Under the pieces are notes generated by a model. That model made no database searches and was not told where the DNA came from. It was given only the letters and a program-made list of their open reading frames with translations. Both the position numbers and the translations under genes were made by a program. A stretch of DNA of 21,544 bases from a virus (taxonomy: Duplodnaviria; Heunggongvirae; Uroviricota; Caudoviricetes): IMG/VR virus record IMGVR_UViG_2537561688_000020; one strand, given 5' to 3'. Shown one piece after another: positions 1 through 7,664 of the stretch. How positions within the stretch are numbered: position 1 is the stretch's first letter; each line of letters begins with the position of its first letter.

Positions 1-90
1 TTGCCTCCCCCCCGTTGATGGGTAAAATAGCCGCAATTTTTCGTTTTCAACAAGCGCGGCGCGATGCCGCTTACTCAAGAAGAAAGAATT

Positions 91-165
91 ATGACGTTGT
101 CTCCTTATTTGCAAGAGGTGGCGAAGCGCCGCACTTTTGCCATTATTTCTCACCCCAATAATTAA
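91..165 (+). pseudogene. prfC: Truncated 5' fragment of peptide chain release factor 3 gene (prfC) ending in non-native codons; prophage left attachment junction
   Basis: Translation of 91-165 is [24 protein letters not shown]. The first 22 residues match the N-terminus of RF3 as I recall it ([28 protein letters not shown]), then the GTP-binding P-loop is replaced by NN-stop. A tyrosine integrase starts 220 bp downstream. Junction lies near 153-158. Confidence 0.65.
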
Positions 166-385
166 GTCTAAATTAAAGCTCTTTTACTTTTTCAAAGTCC
201 TTTCAGTTAATTGATGTTTGGTTTTATAAGTCATTTGAATACAGTTAGTTATGTGGCTTCTTTAATTGAAAATTCTTTCATGTAACTTTAAATCGATCAG
301 GTTGCTTTCATCAAAAATCTGTACATATTTTTGTACATAATGTACAAAGCAGTAGAGGTGTTTTGCGATTTGTACAAGGTGAGTA

Positions 386-1624
386 ATGGCGCTGTCTGAT
401 GCGTGGTTGCGTTCAGTCGTTGGAAAGGAACGTGATAAGGTTTTGGTTAAATCCGATCGTGATGGTCTGTCTGTCAGAGTATCACCGAAAGGTCGCGTAG
501 TGTTCCAATATCGTTATCAATGGGCAGGGAAAGGTGAGCGCCTTGATATCGGAACTTACCCGGCAACTGGATTAAAAGAGGCCAGAGAAGAAGTTATCCG
601 TCTCCGTGGTGAACTCGAGTCAAACCGCAATCCACGATTAGTCAAGCAGGCTGAAAAACGAAAAGCTACTGAAGCCATGACGGTAGAGTCTGTGATCCGT
701 GCCTGGTATGAAGCATATTGTGTAAAAAATAAAAAAGGTTCTGAACAGATACTCCGCTCGTTTGAGCTGCACCTGTTCTCTAAAATCGGGAATATCCCTC
801 ACGATGCAGCTACATTGCATGATTGGTTAGAAGTCCTAGAGCCTCTTAGCACCAAGACTCCAGCAATAGTAGACCGATTGCTAATTAACGCAAAGCAGGC
901 TCATGTCTGGGCGTATAAGAGAAAGCTCATTGAAACTCGCCCACTGTCGGATATCACGGGTAAAGATATGGATATCCGTAAAGGTCAGAAAAAACGGTTT
1001 CTGACACATGATGAAATTAGCATCCTTTATGCTGCGATCGATGGTTCTCGAATGGTTCCTAAATACCGAGCCTTCATTAAACTATTGCTGCATTTTGGTT
1101 GCCGTAGTTCAGAGCTAATTACTGCTAGGGTGGATGATTTTGATTTCATAAATAAGGTATGGACTGTACCACCAGAACGACATAAGACTGGGGACATAAC
1201 AGGCGAACCGCTAAAGCGGCCCATTATTGAACCGGTTGAAGAGCTTATAAAATACGTTATCTCTATGAACAACGGTTCCGATATGCTTTTTACTAAGGAA
1301 GGAAGCAGGGAGCCAGTTGGTCGGACATCATTGCAGTCGCTGCCTTACAATTTAATGCAGTTCGCATGGCGACGTTTGGGGTATCAATTTCCTCATTGGT
1401 CTCTTCATGATTTGAGACGAACAGCACGAACAAACTTTTCTGATCTTACTGCGCCTCATATTGCTGAAATAATGCTCGGTCATAAACTGCCAGGGGTATG
1501 GCAAGTTTATGATAAGAGCGATTATCTAGAAGAACAGCGTAAAGCCTATCAGGCATGGTGGGATAGGGTTGAATCGATTCTTACTTACACTAATTTAGGT
1601 TCCAACAGACAGCCTATTGAATAA
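386..1624 (+). CDS. int: Phage tyrosine integrase (P4-type, N-terminal arm-binding domain)
   Basis: 412-aa ORF. N-terminal arm-binding-like region (LSVRVSPKGRVVFQYRYQWAGKGERLDIGTYP). C-terminal catalytic signatures HDLRRTARTNF and a downstream Tyr (VWQVYDKSDY). Sits next to the att-like prfC fragment. Confidence 0.9.
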   Translation: MALSDAWLRSVVGKERDKVLVKSDRDGLSVRVSPKGRVVFQYRYQWAGKGERLDIGTYPATGLKEAREEVIRLRGELESNRNPRLVKQAEKRKATEAMTVESVIRAWYEAYCVKNKKGSEQILRSFELHLFSKIGNIPHDAATLHDWLEVLEPLSTKTPAIVDRLLINAKQAHVWAYKRKLIETRPLSDITGKDMDIRKGQKKRFLTHDEISILYAAIDGSRMVPKYRAFIKLLLHFGCRSSELITARVDDFDFINKVWTVPPERHKTGDITGEPLKRPIIEPVEELIKYVISMNNGSDMLFTKEGSREPVGRTSLQSLPYNLMQFAWRRLGYQFPHWSLHDLRRTARTNFSDLTAPHIAEIMLGHKLPGVWQVYDKSDYLEEQRKAYQAWWDRVESILTYTNLGSNRQPIE

Positions 1625-1738
1625 TGAATAGACATACAGAGTAAGAAAATAGTAATGATTCTTGGATTATAATTAACTGATTGCTGATATTTCGATTTGC
1701 CGATTTATGAAGAGACGGTCATTATACTTATAAAAACA

Positions 1739-1770
1739 CCACTCCTTATCCTTACAGAAATAAGGAGTGG
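1739..1770. terminator. Bidirectional hairpin between convergent int and deaminase genes
   Basis: Inverted repeat ccactccttat (1739-1749) / ataaggagtgg (1760-1770) with a 10-nt loop. Flanked by an A-run on the + strand and a T-run on the - strand (reverse complement of 1731-1738). Confidence 0.5.
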
Positions 1771-1776
1771 AAACAG

Positions 1777-3372
1777 TTATGGCTGAGACTCTGGTTTAGC
1801 AATCTCGTTTATAAATTTCTTAGCTACAACAGTCTCATACTTTCTATAATCATCAAGATATTGAACATCTATATGATTTTTGTAGCGAGCATTAAATTTA
1901 TTTGCAGCCCCTGTTTTATCATCTTTACGTTCATCCGTTGGTCTGAAAAATTTATGGTAGCGGCGGGGTGATACCCCCTCAAAATCACAAAATATTACTT
2001 TGGAAGATTCTTCGTTCTTTGTTATTGCATCATTATGCAGATCAAGAGCAAGGCTTTTATCAAATGGCTCTATATATACTACTTTTTTTATTCCAGATGC
2101 GACAATATGCCTTGCACAGTTGTGGCAGGGGTAGGTTGTCGTAAAAAGAATTTTATCTTTAGTATCGCCGTTTTGTTTTCTAGCCATTGATGTAATGACG
2201 TCCATTTCAGCATGAATTGATCTGGAGTACTCCATTACACTTGATATTTTGCTGTCTTTGTAAATGCCTTCTGCAATATTATCTAATTTGTTTAGAAGTC
2301 GTGTTATATTAATATCGGCAACAGTTTGTCCTGCGGAAATACCTAATACACTTCTTACTTCGGTTGATAATATGCTTTTTATACGGTCTTTAATTTTTAG
2401 CTTGTTTGCATCATTATAACACTTACCACTTTTGTGAACGCATCGATGATCGTTATCAAAATCATCACTGCTATACAACCCGCCACCAGCTTTAGGTACG
2501 TCGTTCTTACCCACGGCAAGCAAATTCCCTTCATCATCAAACAGTGCAGCCCCTACTTGACGTGATAAACAAGCTGATTGTAATGATGTTGAAAAGGCAG
2601 CATACATACCTTTCTCGTTAAAAGTTGGTGTTAAACCATTTTTGCCATGAATAAGACCGAAAAACCGATCAATCTTCTTCTTTAATTCACTTTTTTGGCT
2701 GAAGTTATTTTTAATAAAAAAATCTGAATCAAGAATGGTTTCCCCGGTTCTTTGTCCATACGGATCAGAGGATTTATTATCAATATTGATAATTAAATGA
2801 AGGTCGTCCTTTGCCGATTCGTCAGCAATGAGATTCGGAATTCGGTAATCTAAATCGCGCAAAACTCCTAACAAATAGAAATTATGCTGATATATAACTC
2901 TGAATAACTCTATTTCTTCCGGCCTTTTGAATTGATCAATGATGAAGACAGTACCTTTATATTCATCATTATTATAATCAATATTCTTTTTCGCTGTTGC
3001 GATTGCTGCAATAGCAGCTTCTGCAAGCAACTCATTTTTTTCGTAATGTTTACGAAGTTTATTGGCAATATCCTGGAGTTTTAAATGTCTATTAACTTGT
3101 GTGCTTTCGGATACCTTCAGTGCTGCTGGCTCAAAATATAATGGGTCTTCCATAAGCGCACTTATGCGGATGTGTACAACATTATCCCCCCATTCTTTGG
3201 ATATCTCTTCGATAATTTTGTTTATCGTTCTCATGCCACATCCAACATATCCACACAATCCAAGATAAATATCTTTTGATTGTCGTGAATTCACAATCTC
3301 AAGTGATGATGCCGATGTTGAGCCTTTTTTTTCATTCAGCTTTTGTGGAGTTTTTTTTGCTGCTTCAGCCAT
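1777..3372 (-). CDS. dcdV: DcdV-like anti-phage deoxycytidylate (dCTP/dCMP) deaminase: N-terminal P-loop-like domain fused to C-terminal zinc CDA-fold deaminase
   Basis: 531-aa ORF. C-terminal zinc-deaminase signature: CLSRQVGAALF, then HAE (H387/E389), then PCHNC (C416/C419) and GIKKVVY, as in dCMP deaminases. N-terminal glycine-rich P-loop-like stretch GLCGYVGCGMRT. About 32% GC in a sampled stretch versus about 60% in the replication genes. Int-proximal cargo position. Confidence 0.7.
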   Translation of the reverse strand: MAEAAKKTPQKLNEKKGSTSASSLEIVNSRQSKDIYLGLCGYVGCGMRTINKIIEEISKEWGDNVVHIRISALMEDPLYFEPAALKVSESTQVNRHLKLQDIANKLRKHYEKNELLAEAAIAAIATAKKNIDYNNDEYKGTVFIIDQFKRPEEIELFRVIYQHNFYLLGVLRDLDYRIPNLIADESAKDDLHLIINIDNKSSDPYGQRTGETILDSDFFIKNNFSQKSELKKKIDRFFGLIHGKNGLTPTFNEKGMYAAFSTSLQSACLSRQVGAALFDDEGNLLAVGKNDVPKAGGGLYSSDDFDNDHRCVHKSGKCYNDANKLKIKDRIKSILSTEVRSVLGISAGQTVADINITRLLNKLDNIAEGIYKDSKISSVMEYSRSIHAEMDVITSMARKQNGDTKDKILFTTTYPCHNCARHIVASGIKKVVYIEPFDKSLALDLHNDAITKNEESSKVIFCDFEGVSPRRYHKFFRPTDERKDDKTGAANKFNARYKNHIDVQYLDDYRKYETVVAKKFINEIAKPESQP

Positions 3373-3382
3373 TGCTAATTAC

Positions 3383-3568
3383 CTAGTCGAAAACTATATC
3401 AGTATTTAATATTTCAAAAAATGCATCAAGAATTTCTTTATTTTTCTTTTTACTTTCAAATGAAATGACATTATCTTGATTAAATGTTGTTAATTCAATG
3501 CAGATAGAATCAACCTGATCATTGGCGGCGATGCTCGATTCTATTTCATTAAATGCTATTACATTCAT
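3383..3568 (-). CDS. Small acidic hypothetical protein directly upstream of the deaminase gene (may instead be non-coding leader)
   Basis: 61-aa ORF ending 10 nt before the deaminase start codon on the same strand. AT-rich, no recognisable domain, weak RBS. Confidence 0.3.
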   Translation of the reverse strand: MNVIAFNEIESSIAANDQVDSICIELTTFNQDNVISFESKKKNKEILDAFFEILNTDIVFD

Positions 3569-3912
3569 TTATCTTATCCAAACATAATAAAAAACCATAT
3601 GGCCTTTAGTGTACAACAAAACCATACTCTTTCCCCTCATTTTAGAGGGGGAAGTGTGGTCCACATCATGTTTTTTCCCACCCATGAAAATGTTCACCTA
3701 GGCTGGTGAGGCATTTTATGTACATCAACTCTTTGAGTTGAATCATTATTTTAGTATTTTTTCTATCATTGTGTAAATGTCTTCGTTTCAATACATCATG
3801 CTTGGGGAGCGGTCCCCGTTTCCTGATAATTAATGCTTGTGGATAGCAACGTCCGTGCCTGTATCGCTCAGACAGACGCTTACCGTGCCATAGACGTGTC
3901 TGTTCACATACG

Positions 3913-4107
3913 TCATTCAATAACTCCTGCAAACCTGTAAATCTTGCGTGAAGCCCATTTATTTGGGCATGATTTAATATCAGGATCTGGAAAATCAGGC
4001 CTGTACTTCTGGCCAGTTCTCCGGTTTACGCTGTTCCAGCGAAGAACTGTCGATACTGAAACGCCACAGAAGTCGGCGACTTGTTTAGTTGTCATTAAGT
4101 TGTTCAT
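3913..4107 (-). CDS. Excisionase/AlpA-like HTH DNA-binding protein
   Basis: 64-aa ORF with the motif MTTKQVADFCGVSVSTVLRWN typical of small phage excisionase-family HTH proteins. Start codon overlaps the upstream gene stop (TAATG). Confidence 0.65.
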   Translation of the reverse strand: MNNLMTTKQVADFCGVSVSTVLRWNSVNRRTGQKYRPDFPDPDIKSCPNKWASRKIYRFAGVIE

Positions 4108-4727
4108 TACTTCACCTCCTGCGGCGGTTCCGGTAGCGGCATCCAGTGGGTTACTTTCGATGCCGGTTCTTCTCCATTGTCAGTAACTGCCCACCATTTG
4201 TTTCTCGAACAATCATAATACCCTTCGAAGGTATCGCACTCAGTCCAGCCGTAAGACTTACCCCAACACCAAACATACTGTTTATCGTTCGGCATTCGCT
4301 CACTACAGCTTATCCAACCATCCGGAGTTACCGGAGAGTTGCCCGACAGCTTGTTCAACTTGTAAGTCTGGCTTACAGGTTTGGCACCATGAAGCATGGT
4401 GGCGCGGCAGGTGTTCCAGCCTTCATCAAAACCGACTATGCCATTATTTAAAGACGGACGAGCATCTGGCACCACCAGTACTGGCTTGGCTATATATAGC
4501 GGCTGAACATACCAGCCCTTTGATAACCAACTGTCAGCAATGTTTTTGCTCCTGGTTATTGCCGGAATACCTAAGCCATTGTCTGAATGCAGCCATGCCA
4601 CCGGCTCCTCTTCCAGCGATGCCAGAGCAATTTCATAAGCACGGCGCTCAATATCGTCTCGAACCTCTAGGCTGCTGATTCGTTCTTTGATTTCTTTAAT
4701 CAGTTCTTTATTGGTAAATGTGGTCAT
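4107..4727 (-). CDS. DUF551-domain phage protein
   Basis: 206-aa ORF with the DUF551 hallmark C-terminus (KVTHWMPLPEPP). Translationally coupled to neighbours. Confidence 0.7.
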   Translation of the reverse strand: MTTFTNKELIKEIKERISSLEVRDDIERRAYEIALASLEEEPVAWLHSDNGLGIPAITRSKNIADSWLSKGWYVQPLYIAKPVLVVPDARPSLNNGIVGFDEGWNTCRATMLHGAKPVSQTYKLNKLSGNSPVTPDGWISCSERMPNDKQYVWCWGKSYGWTECDTFEGYYDCSRNKWWAVTDNGEEPASKVTHWMPLPEPPQEVK

Positions 4728-5089
4728 TATGCTCCAGCCTCCGGCGCTTTGGGTATTACTGCCCAGTGAGTGATATTGAAGTTTTCAAGGTCCCCGACCT
4801 GAAATGTCCACTGCCATTCTCCGGTTTCTTTTTGTCCCCAGGTGTACCAGAGAGAACGCCAGCCAATCAGCCAGCCTTCTCCGTTAGCATCAAATAACAG
4901 AACACTTTCATTTGCTGGTGGCAGTTCAGCTGACACTGGTATTATTTTGTTTTCCAGTGCCGCACATTTAGCTTCAAGCGCGTCGAATTTACGTACCAGG
5001 TACTCAGCATTTGTTTCGTTCACTTTCAGATCTCGCGGTACACATTTCCCGCGAAGAAACCCTTCCATTTCGAAAACATTCATGCGCAT
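4727..5089 (-). CDS. DUF551-like phage protein
   Basis: 120-aa ORF with Trp-rich C-terminus ending ITHWAVIPKAPE. Overlaps neighbours by a few nt. Confidence 0.55.
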   Translation of the reverse strand: MRMNVFEMEGFLRGKCVPRDLKVNETNAEYLVRKFDALEAKCAALENKIIPVSAELPPANESVLLFDANGEGWLIGWRSLWYTWGQKETGEWQWTFQVGDLENFNITHWAVIPKAPEAGA

Positions 5090-5616
5090 TTGCGTAACTC
5101 CGATAATTCGTTAAAGCGTTCCATAAACATCCCGTAGGCATGGCCTGGAGCCAGTGGAATCACGTTGATCATCTCTGTTGCCGGGATACCTTCCAGCACA
5201 GGCCAGAAAGAGCCATCATCAAGCCCGAGATCGCGGCGTTCGGTTGCCAGCATGATGAGATCGGCATATTTCACGGGTGTACTCATAACCGGGGGTAACC
5301 CGTATTTCTCACGGATTACGGCGTCTATTTTTTCTTCCATCCGTTTATAGTCAGGAAGAAGGCGTTTCAGTGGAGCCGGGATGTCCTGGCAATACGCTTC
5401 TGTTGCATCATGCATTAAGGCTTCAAAAGCAAATTCCTGCGGCACCAGCTGGCTGCAAAGAACCGCATGTTGGGCGACGCTGTAGAAGTGCGAAAGATGA
5501 CCGGCAAAGCGACAGATATTTGAAAGGGAAACCGCGATATCGTTAATATTGATGTCGTCTTTATTTATCTTGTCATAATAAAAATGCTTCCCGGAAAAAG
5601 TTTTAATAAATGACAT
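5080..5616 (-). CDS. HD-domain phosphohydrolase, YfdR-like 5'-deoxynucleotidase
   Basis: HD-superfamily metal-binding motifs (H...HD...D pattern: SVAQHAV, LMHDATEAY). Start chosen at the internal ATG (5614-5616) preceded by GGAG at -6; the ORF-track start at 5643 lacks an RBS. Product is 178 aa. Confidence 0.7.
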   Translation of the reverse strand: MSFIKTFSGKHFYYDKINKDDININDIAVSLSNICRFAGHLSHFYSVAQHAVLCSQLVPQEFAFEALMHDATEAYCQDIPAPLKRLLPDYKRMEEKIDAVIREKYGLPPVMSTPVKYADLIMLATERRDLGLDDGSFWPVLEGIPATEMINVIPLAPGHAYGMFMERFNELSELRKCA

Positions 5617-5743
5617 TTTGTTCTCCACGTATATGCGCTGCACCGCGCTGAATTCTGGTAAAAAGAATCCCTCACCATCCGGCGATTATTGAGTAAATTA
5701 CGTTTCCATAAATGCCCCCGCAGGGGCATTTGCAGTAATGAAA

Positions 5744-6568
5744 TCAGGCGGTGAAAGTACCAATAAAGGTTTCTACTTTGCTGTCTTTGAATTTCTCAAC
5801 AAGCAGATCACGAAATTCGTTAGCCATTTCTTCCTGCACCGCTTCCAGCTGAATAATGCGCAGAACCAGTACAGGACGATCGCCAGTGATAATGCTGAGG
5901 CGTAATTTAAATGGACGTTCTTTCAGGCCTTCAAACGGAACGCATTTAAATTCAAATGCCACTGGCATAATGTCTTTGGTCTTCGCTTCGACAGACTCCA
6001 TCAGGGAGCGTTTGCCGCTGAAGTCATTATCTTCAAAATCAGCGGTCTGGTTTGCTTCAATCGTGATTTTACGGACCGCCGCAGCCGCTTTTGTTGCCTG
6101 AATGGTGTCACCATTAGCATCAAAGCCCACAAGGTAGTCGGCCCAGTCTTCAATCCATTCTGCCAGTGATTTCTGGGAGTTACGCTCGCCATTAACAGAC
6201 AACAGAGCAGAGAACGGTGCTGTCTTTTTCAGTTTGAGAGTGGCGGTGTTATCTGCGTGACCTGGTTCATCAATAGTGCCCAGGTTAAGCACACTGACGG
6301 CTCGCATATTATCGGCATCGATAAAGCAGCGGGTGCCTTCATCTGCAAGATCTTTAGAATAACGGGTAAAGTCATCGATGCTGGCAGTGGAAAGCGCGCC
6401 ACGGAAACGGAAGCGATTTAAATTAAATTTTTCCAGATCATGAATGCGGAAATTCTCAGGTAATGCCACAGCATCGGCACCAATCTTACTGATAATTTCA
6501 TTAACACCCTGAGAAGAAATAAGGGCATGGATTTGATTAATTGCGGTTGCGTCTAAGTTCTGAGACAT
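5744..6568 (-). CDS. Conserved prophage early-left protein (YfdQ/DUF2303-like)
   Basis: 274-aa ORF in the early-left operon. Size and position match YfdQ-family proteins of CPS-53-like prophages. Assignment is from memory. Confidence 0.5.
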   Translation of the reverse strand: MSQNLDATAINQIHALISSQGVNEIISKIGADAVALPENFRIHDLEKFNLNRFRFRGALSTASIDDFTRYSKDLADEGTRCFIDADNMRAVSVLNLGTIDEPGHADNTATLKLKKTAPFSALLSVNGERNSQKSLAEWIEDWADYLVGFDANGDTIQATKAAAAVRKITIEANQTADFEDNDFSGKRSLMESVEAKTKDIMPVAFEFKCVPFEGLKERPFKLRLSIITGDRPVLVLRIIQLEAVQEEMANEFRDLLVEKFKDSKVETFIGTFTA

Positions 6569-6633
6569 AATAAGTCCTCACTATATAAAGATATTCAGTG
6601 ATGAGATAAATAATCAGTTAATTAAGAACGATA

Positions 6634-6996
6634 TTAATGACCTGCTGCGCGGAGTTTTCCGTCAGGTTCACCGGCAAGAGTCAGTAATTGTCCCTGGTCT
6701 TCCTGCAGAATAGTCAGGCGACCACCGCGATTGACATACATCGGCGTTTCGGTGGTGTCTTCTTCGGAAATTTTCCCGCGGTTAGTCGGGCGGACATATG
6801 AGAGTTTATGTTTGATTTTCACACGGCTCTCATCAAACGGTTCGATTTCCAGGTTGAGTGAGACCTTACCTTTGGTTTTCGTGTTCATCACACCGGAAGC
6901 GACTTCACTGAGAACTGCGCCGATTTTGGTTTCAAATACGCCGCCGTCCAGCTCCCCGATAAATGCCTGTACATCAGTACTGCGTTCGCTAGCCAT
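6634..6996 (-). CDS. Hypothetical early-left protein (120 aa; YfdP-like position)
   Basis: Start placed at the ATG at 6994-6996, preceded by GAGGAG. The ORF-track N-terminal extension to 7227 overlaps a GC-rich stem-loop region and is probably not translated. Confidence 0.5.
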   Translation of the reverse strand: MASERSTDVQAFIGELDGGVFETKIGAVLSEVASGVMNTKTKGKVSLNLEIEPFDESRVKIKHKLSYVRPTNRGKISEEDTTETPMYVNRGGRLTILQEDQGQLLTLAGEPDGKLRAAGH

Positions 6997-7597
6997 TTTG
7001 CTGCTCCTCATCATATCGACCCTGCAAGGTCGGTTGGTTTCTCCACAAAACAGAGAAGAACACCTGCGGTGGCAGCCGCCCGGATGGATTGGGTTATGAG
7101 CCCGTCGTCCGGTGATGCTCTTCTCTGTTTTGTAAAAAGAGCGGTACCAGCCGGAAGCAAGTGTACAAACTGGTACCGCCAAAGCAGTGGCTGTTGTGGT
7201 GGGGTTGTCACTCAGGCGTATGGTCAACCTGACAATCCGGTGTCCTCAACGGGGAAAGAGTAACCCCGCCATACTTACCGCCGCGCCATTTCGCGGATTA
7301 CCACAACGCTGAGAGCACTTAGCCAGTTACGGCACCACACTTTGTCGCGGTTCCATAAATGCCCTCATCGTTGCACCCTGGTCTCTTCCCAGGCGTCAAA
7401 CCGAATCGCCACGCTGGTTAGGCGTCTTATCAGCATCATCATTGACTTGCACATTCCGGCTACCTGGTTTGTTTGCTCGAGCAAGGAGTGGATTGTCCCC
7501 TTTAACGTCACCAGACCGCTAACGACGCATGTGCCATACGCCGTGTTACAACCAAATTTTGTTTTAATCTTGCCTGTGTTATGTTTCTTTTAGATAC

Positions 7598-7625
7598 ATT
7601 ATGTATCTCATGGGTACATTGTCAA
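7598..7625 (-). promoter_or_regulatory. Candidate early-left promoter (pL-like) with overlapping 17-bp palindromic operator
   Basis: On the - strand: TTGACA (reverse complement of 7620-7625), 16-nt spacer, CATAAT (reverse complement of 7598-7603). Perfect palindrome agatacat-t-atgtatct at 7592-7608 overlaps the -10 element. Confidence 0.4.
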
Positions 7626-7629
7626 GCAT

Positions 7630-7651
7630 AAAAAAACCTGCCGAAGCAGGT
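7630..7651 (-). terminator. Rho-independent terminator downstream of the repressor gene
   Basis: Hairpin acctgc-cgaa-gcaggt (7636-7651) followed on the - strand by a 6-7 U run (reverse complement of 7630-7635). Lies 14 bp past the repressor stop. Confidence 0.55.
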
Positions 7652-7664
7652 TCATAAATATTGA

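Noticed and set aside
311-330. LexA SOS box near int (CTGTACATATTTTTGTACA)
   Set aside because: Starts with CTGT but lacks the ACAG half-site at the required 8-nt spacing. Better explained as part of the TGTACA motif cluster. A systematic SOS-box scan was not done by hand.
638-1272. Two antisense ORFs (60 and 81 aa) inside the integrase gene
   Set aside because: Fully contained within the well-supported int coding sequence on the opposite strand, with no independent support.
3666-3932. 88-aa basic ORF overlapping the 3' end of the excisionase-like gene
   Set aside because: Overlaps xis by 20 nt in another frame, covers the candidate island promoter and hairpin, has no RBS and is low-complexity Arg/Lys/His-rich. 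A frameshifted C-terminal extension of xis cannot be fully excluded.
7045-7180. Retron msr/msd-like inverted repeats
   Set aside because: Long stems reminiscent of retron non-coding DNA, but no reverse-transcriptase ORF lies adjacent on either strand. Interpreted instead as leader RNA structure.
6997-7227. N-terminal extension of the YfdP-like ORF given by the ORF track
   Set aside because: A strong GAGGAG RBS precedes the internal ATG at 6996. The extension covers GC-rich inverted repeats and encodes a Cys/Arg/Pro-rich low-complexity peptide.
5702-7364. 14-nt direct repeat ttccataaatgccc at 5704-5717 and 7351-7364
   Set aside because: About one 14-mer coincidence is expected by chance in a 21.5-kb window, so it is not significant on its own. 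The first copy is part of a hairpin (aaatgcccc / ggggcattt, 5710-5731) between two early-left genes.
7342-7593. 83-aa plus-strand ORF in the repressor-proximal leader
   Set aside because: No RBS, runs antisense through the candidate pL and operator and the structured leader, and has an odd Cys/Phe-rich composition. Most likely a chance ORF.
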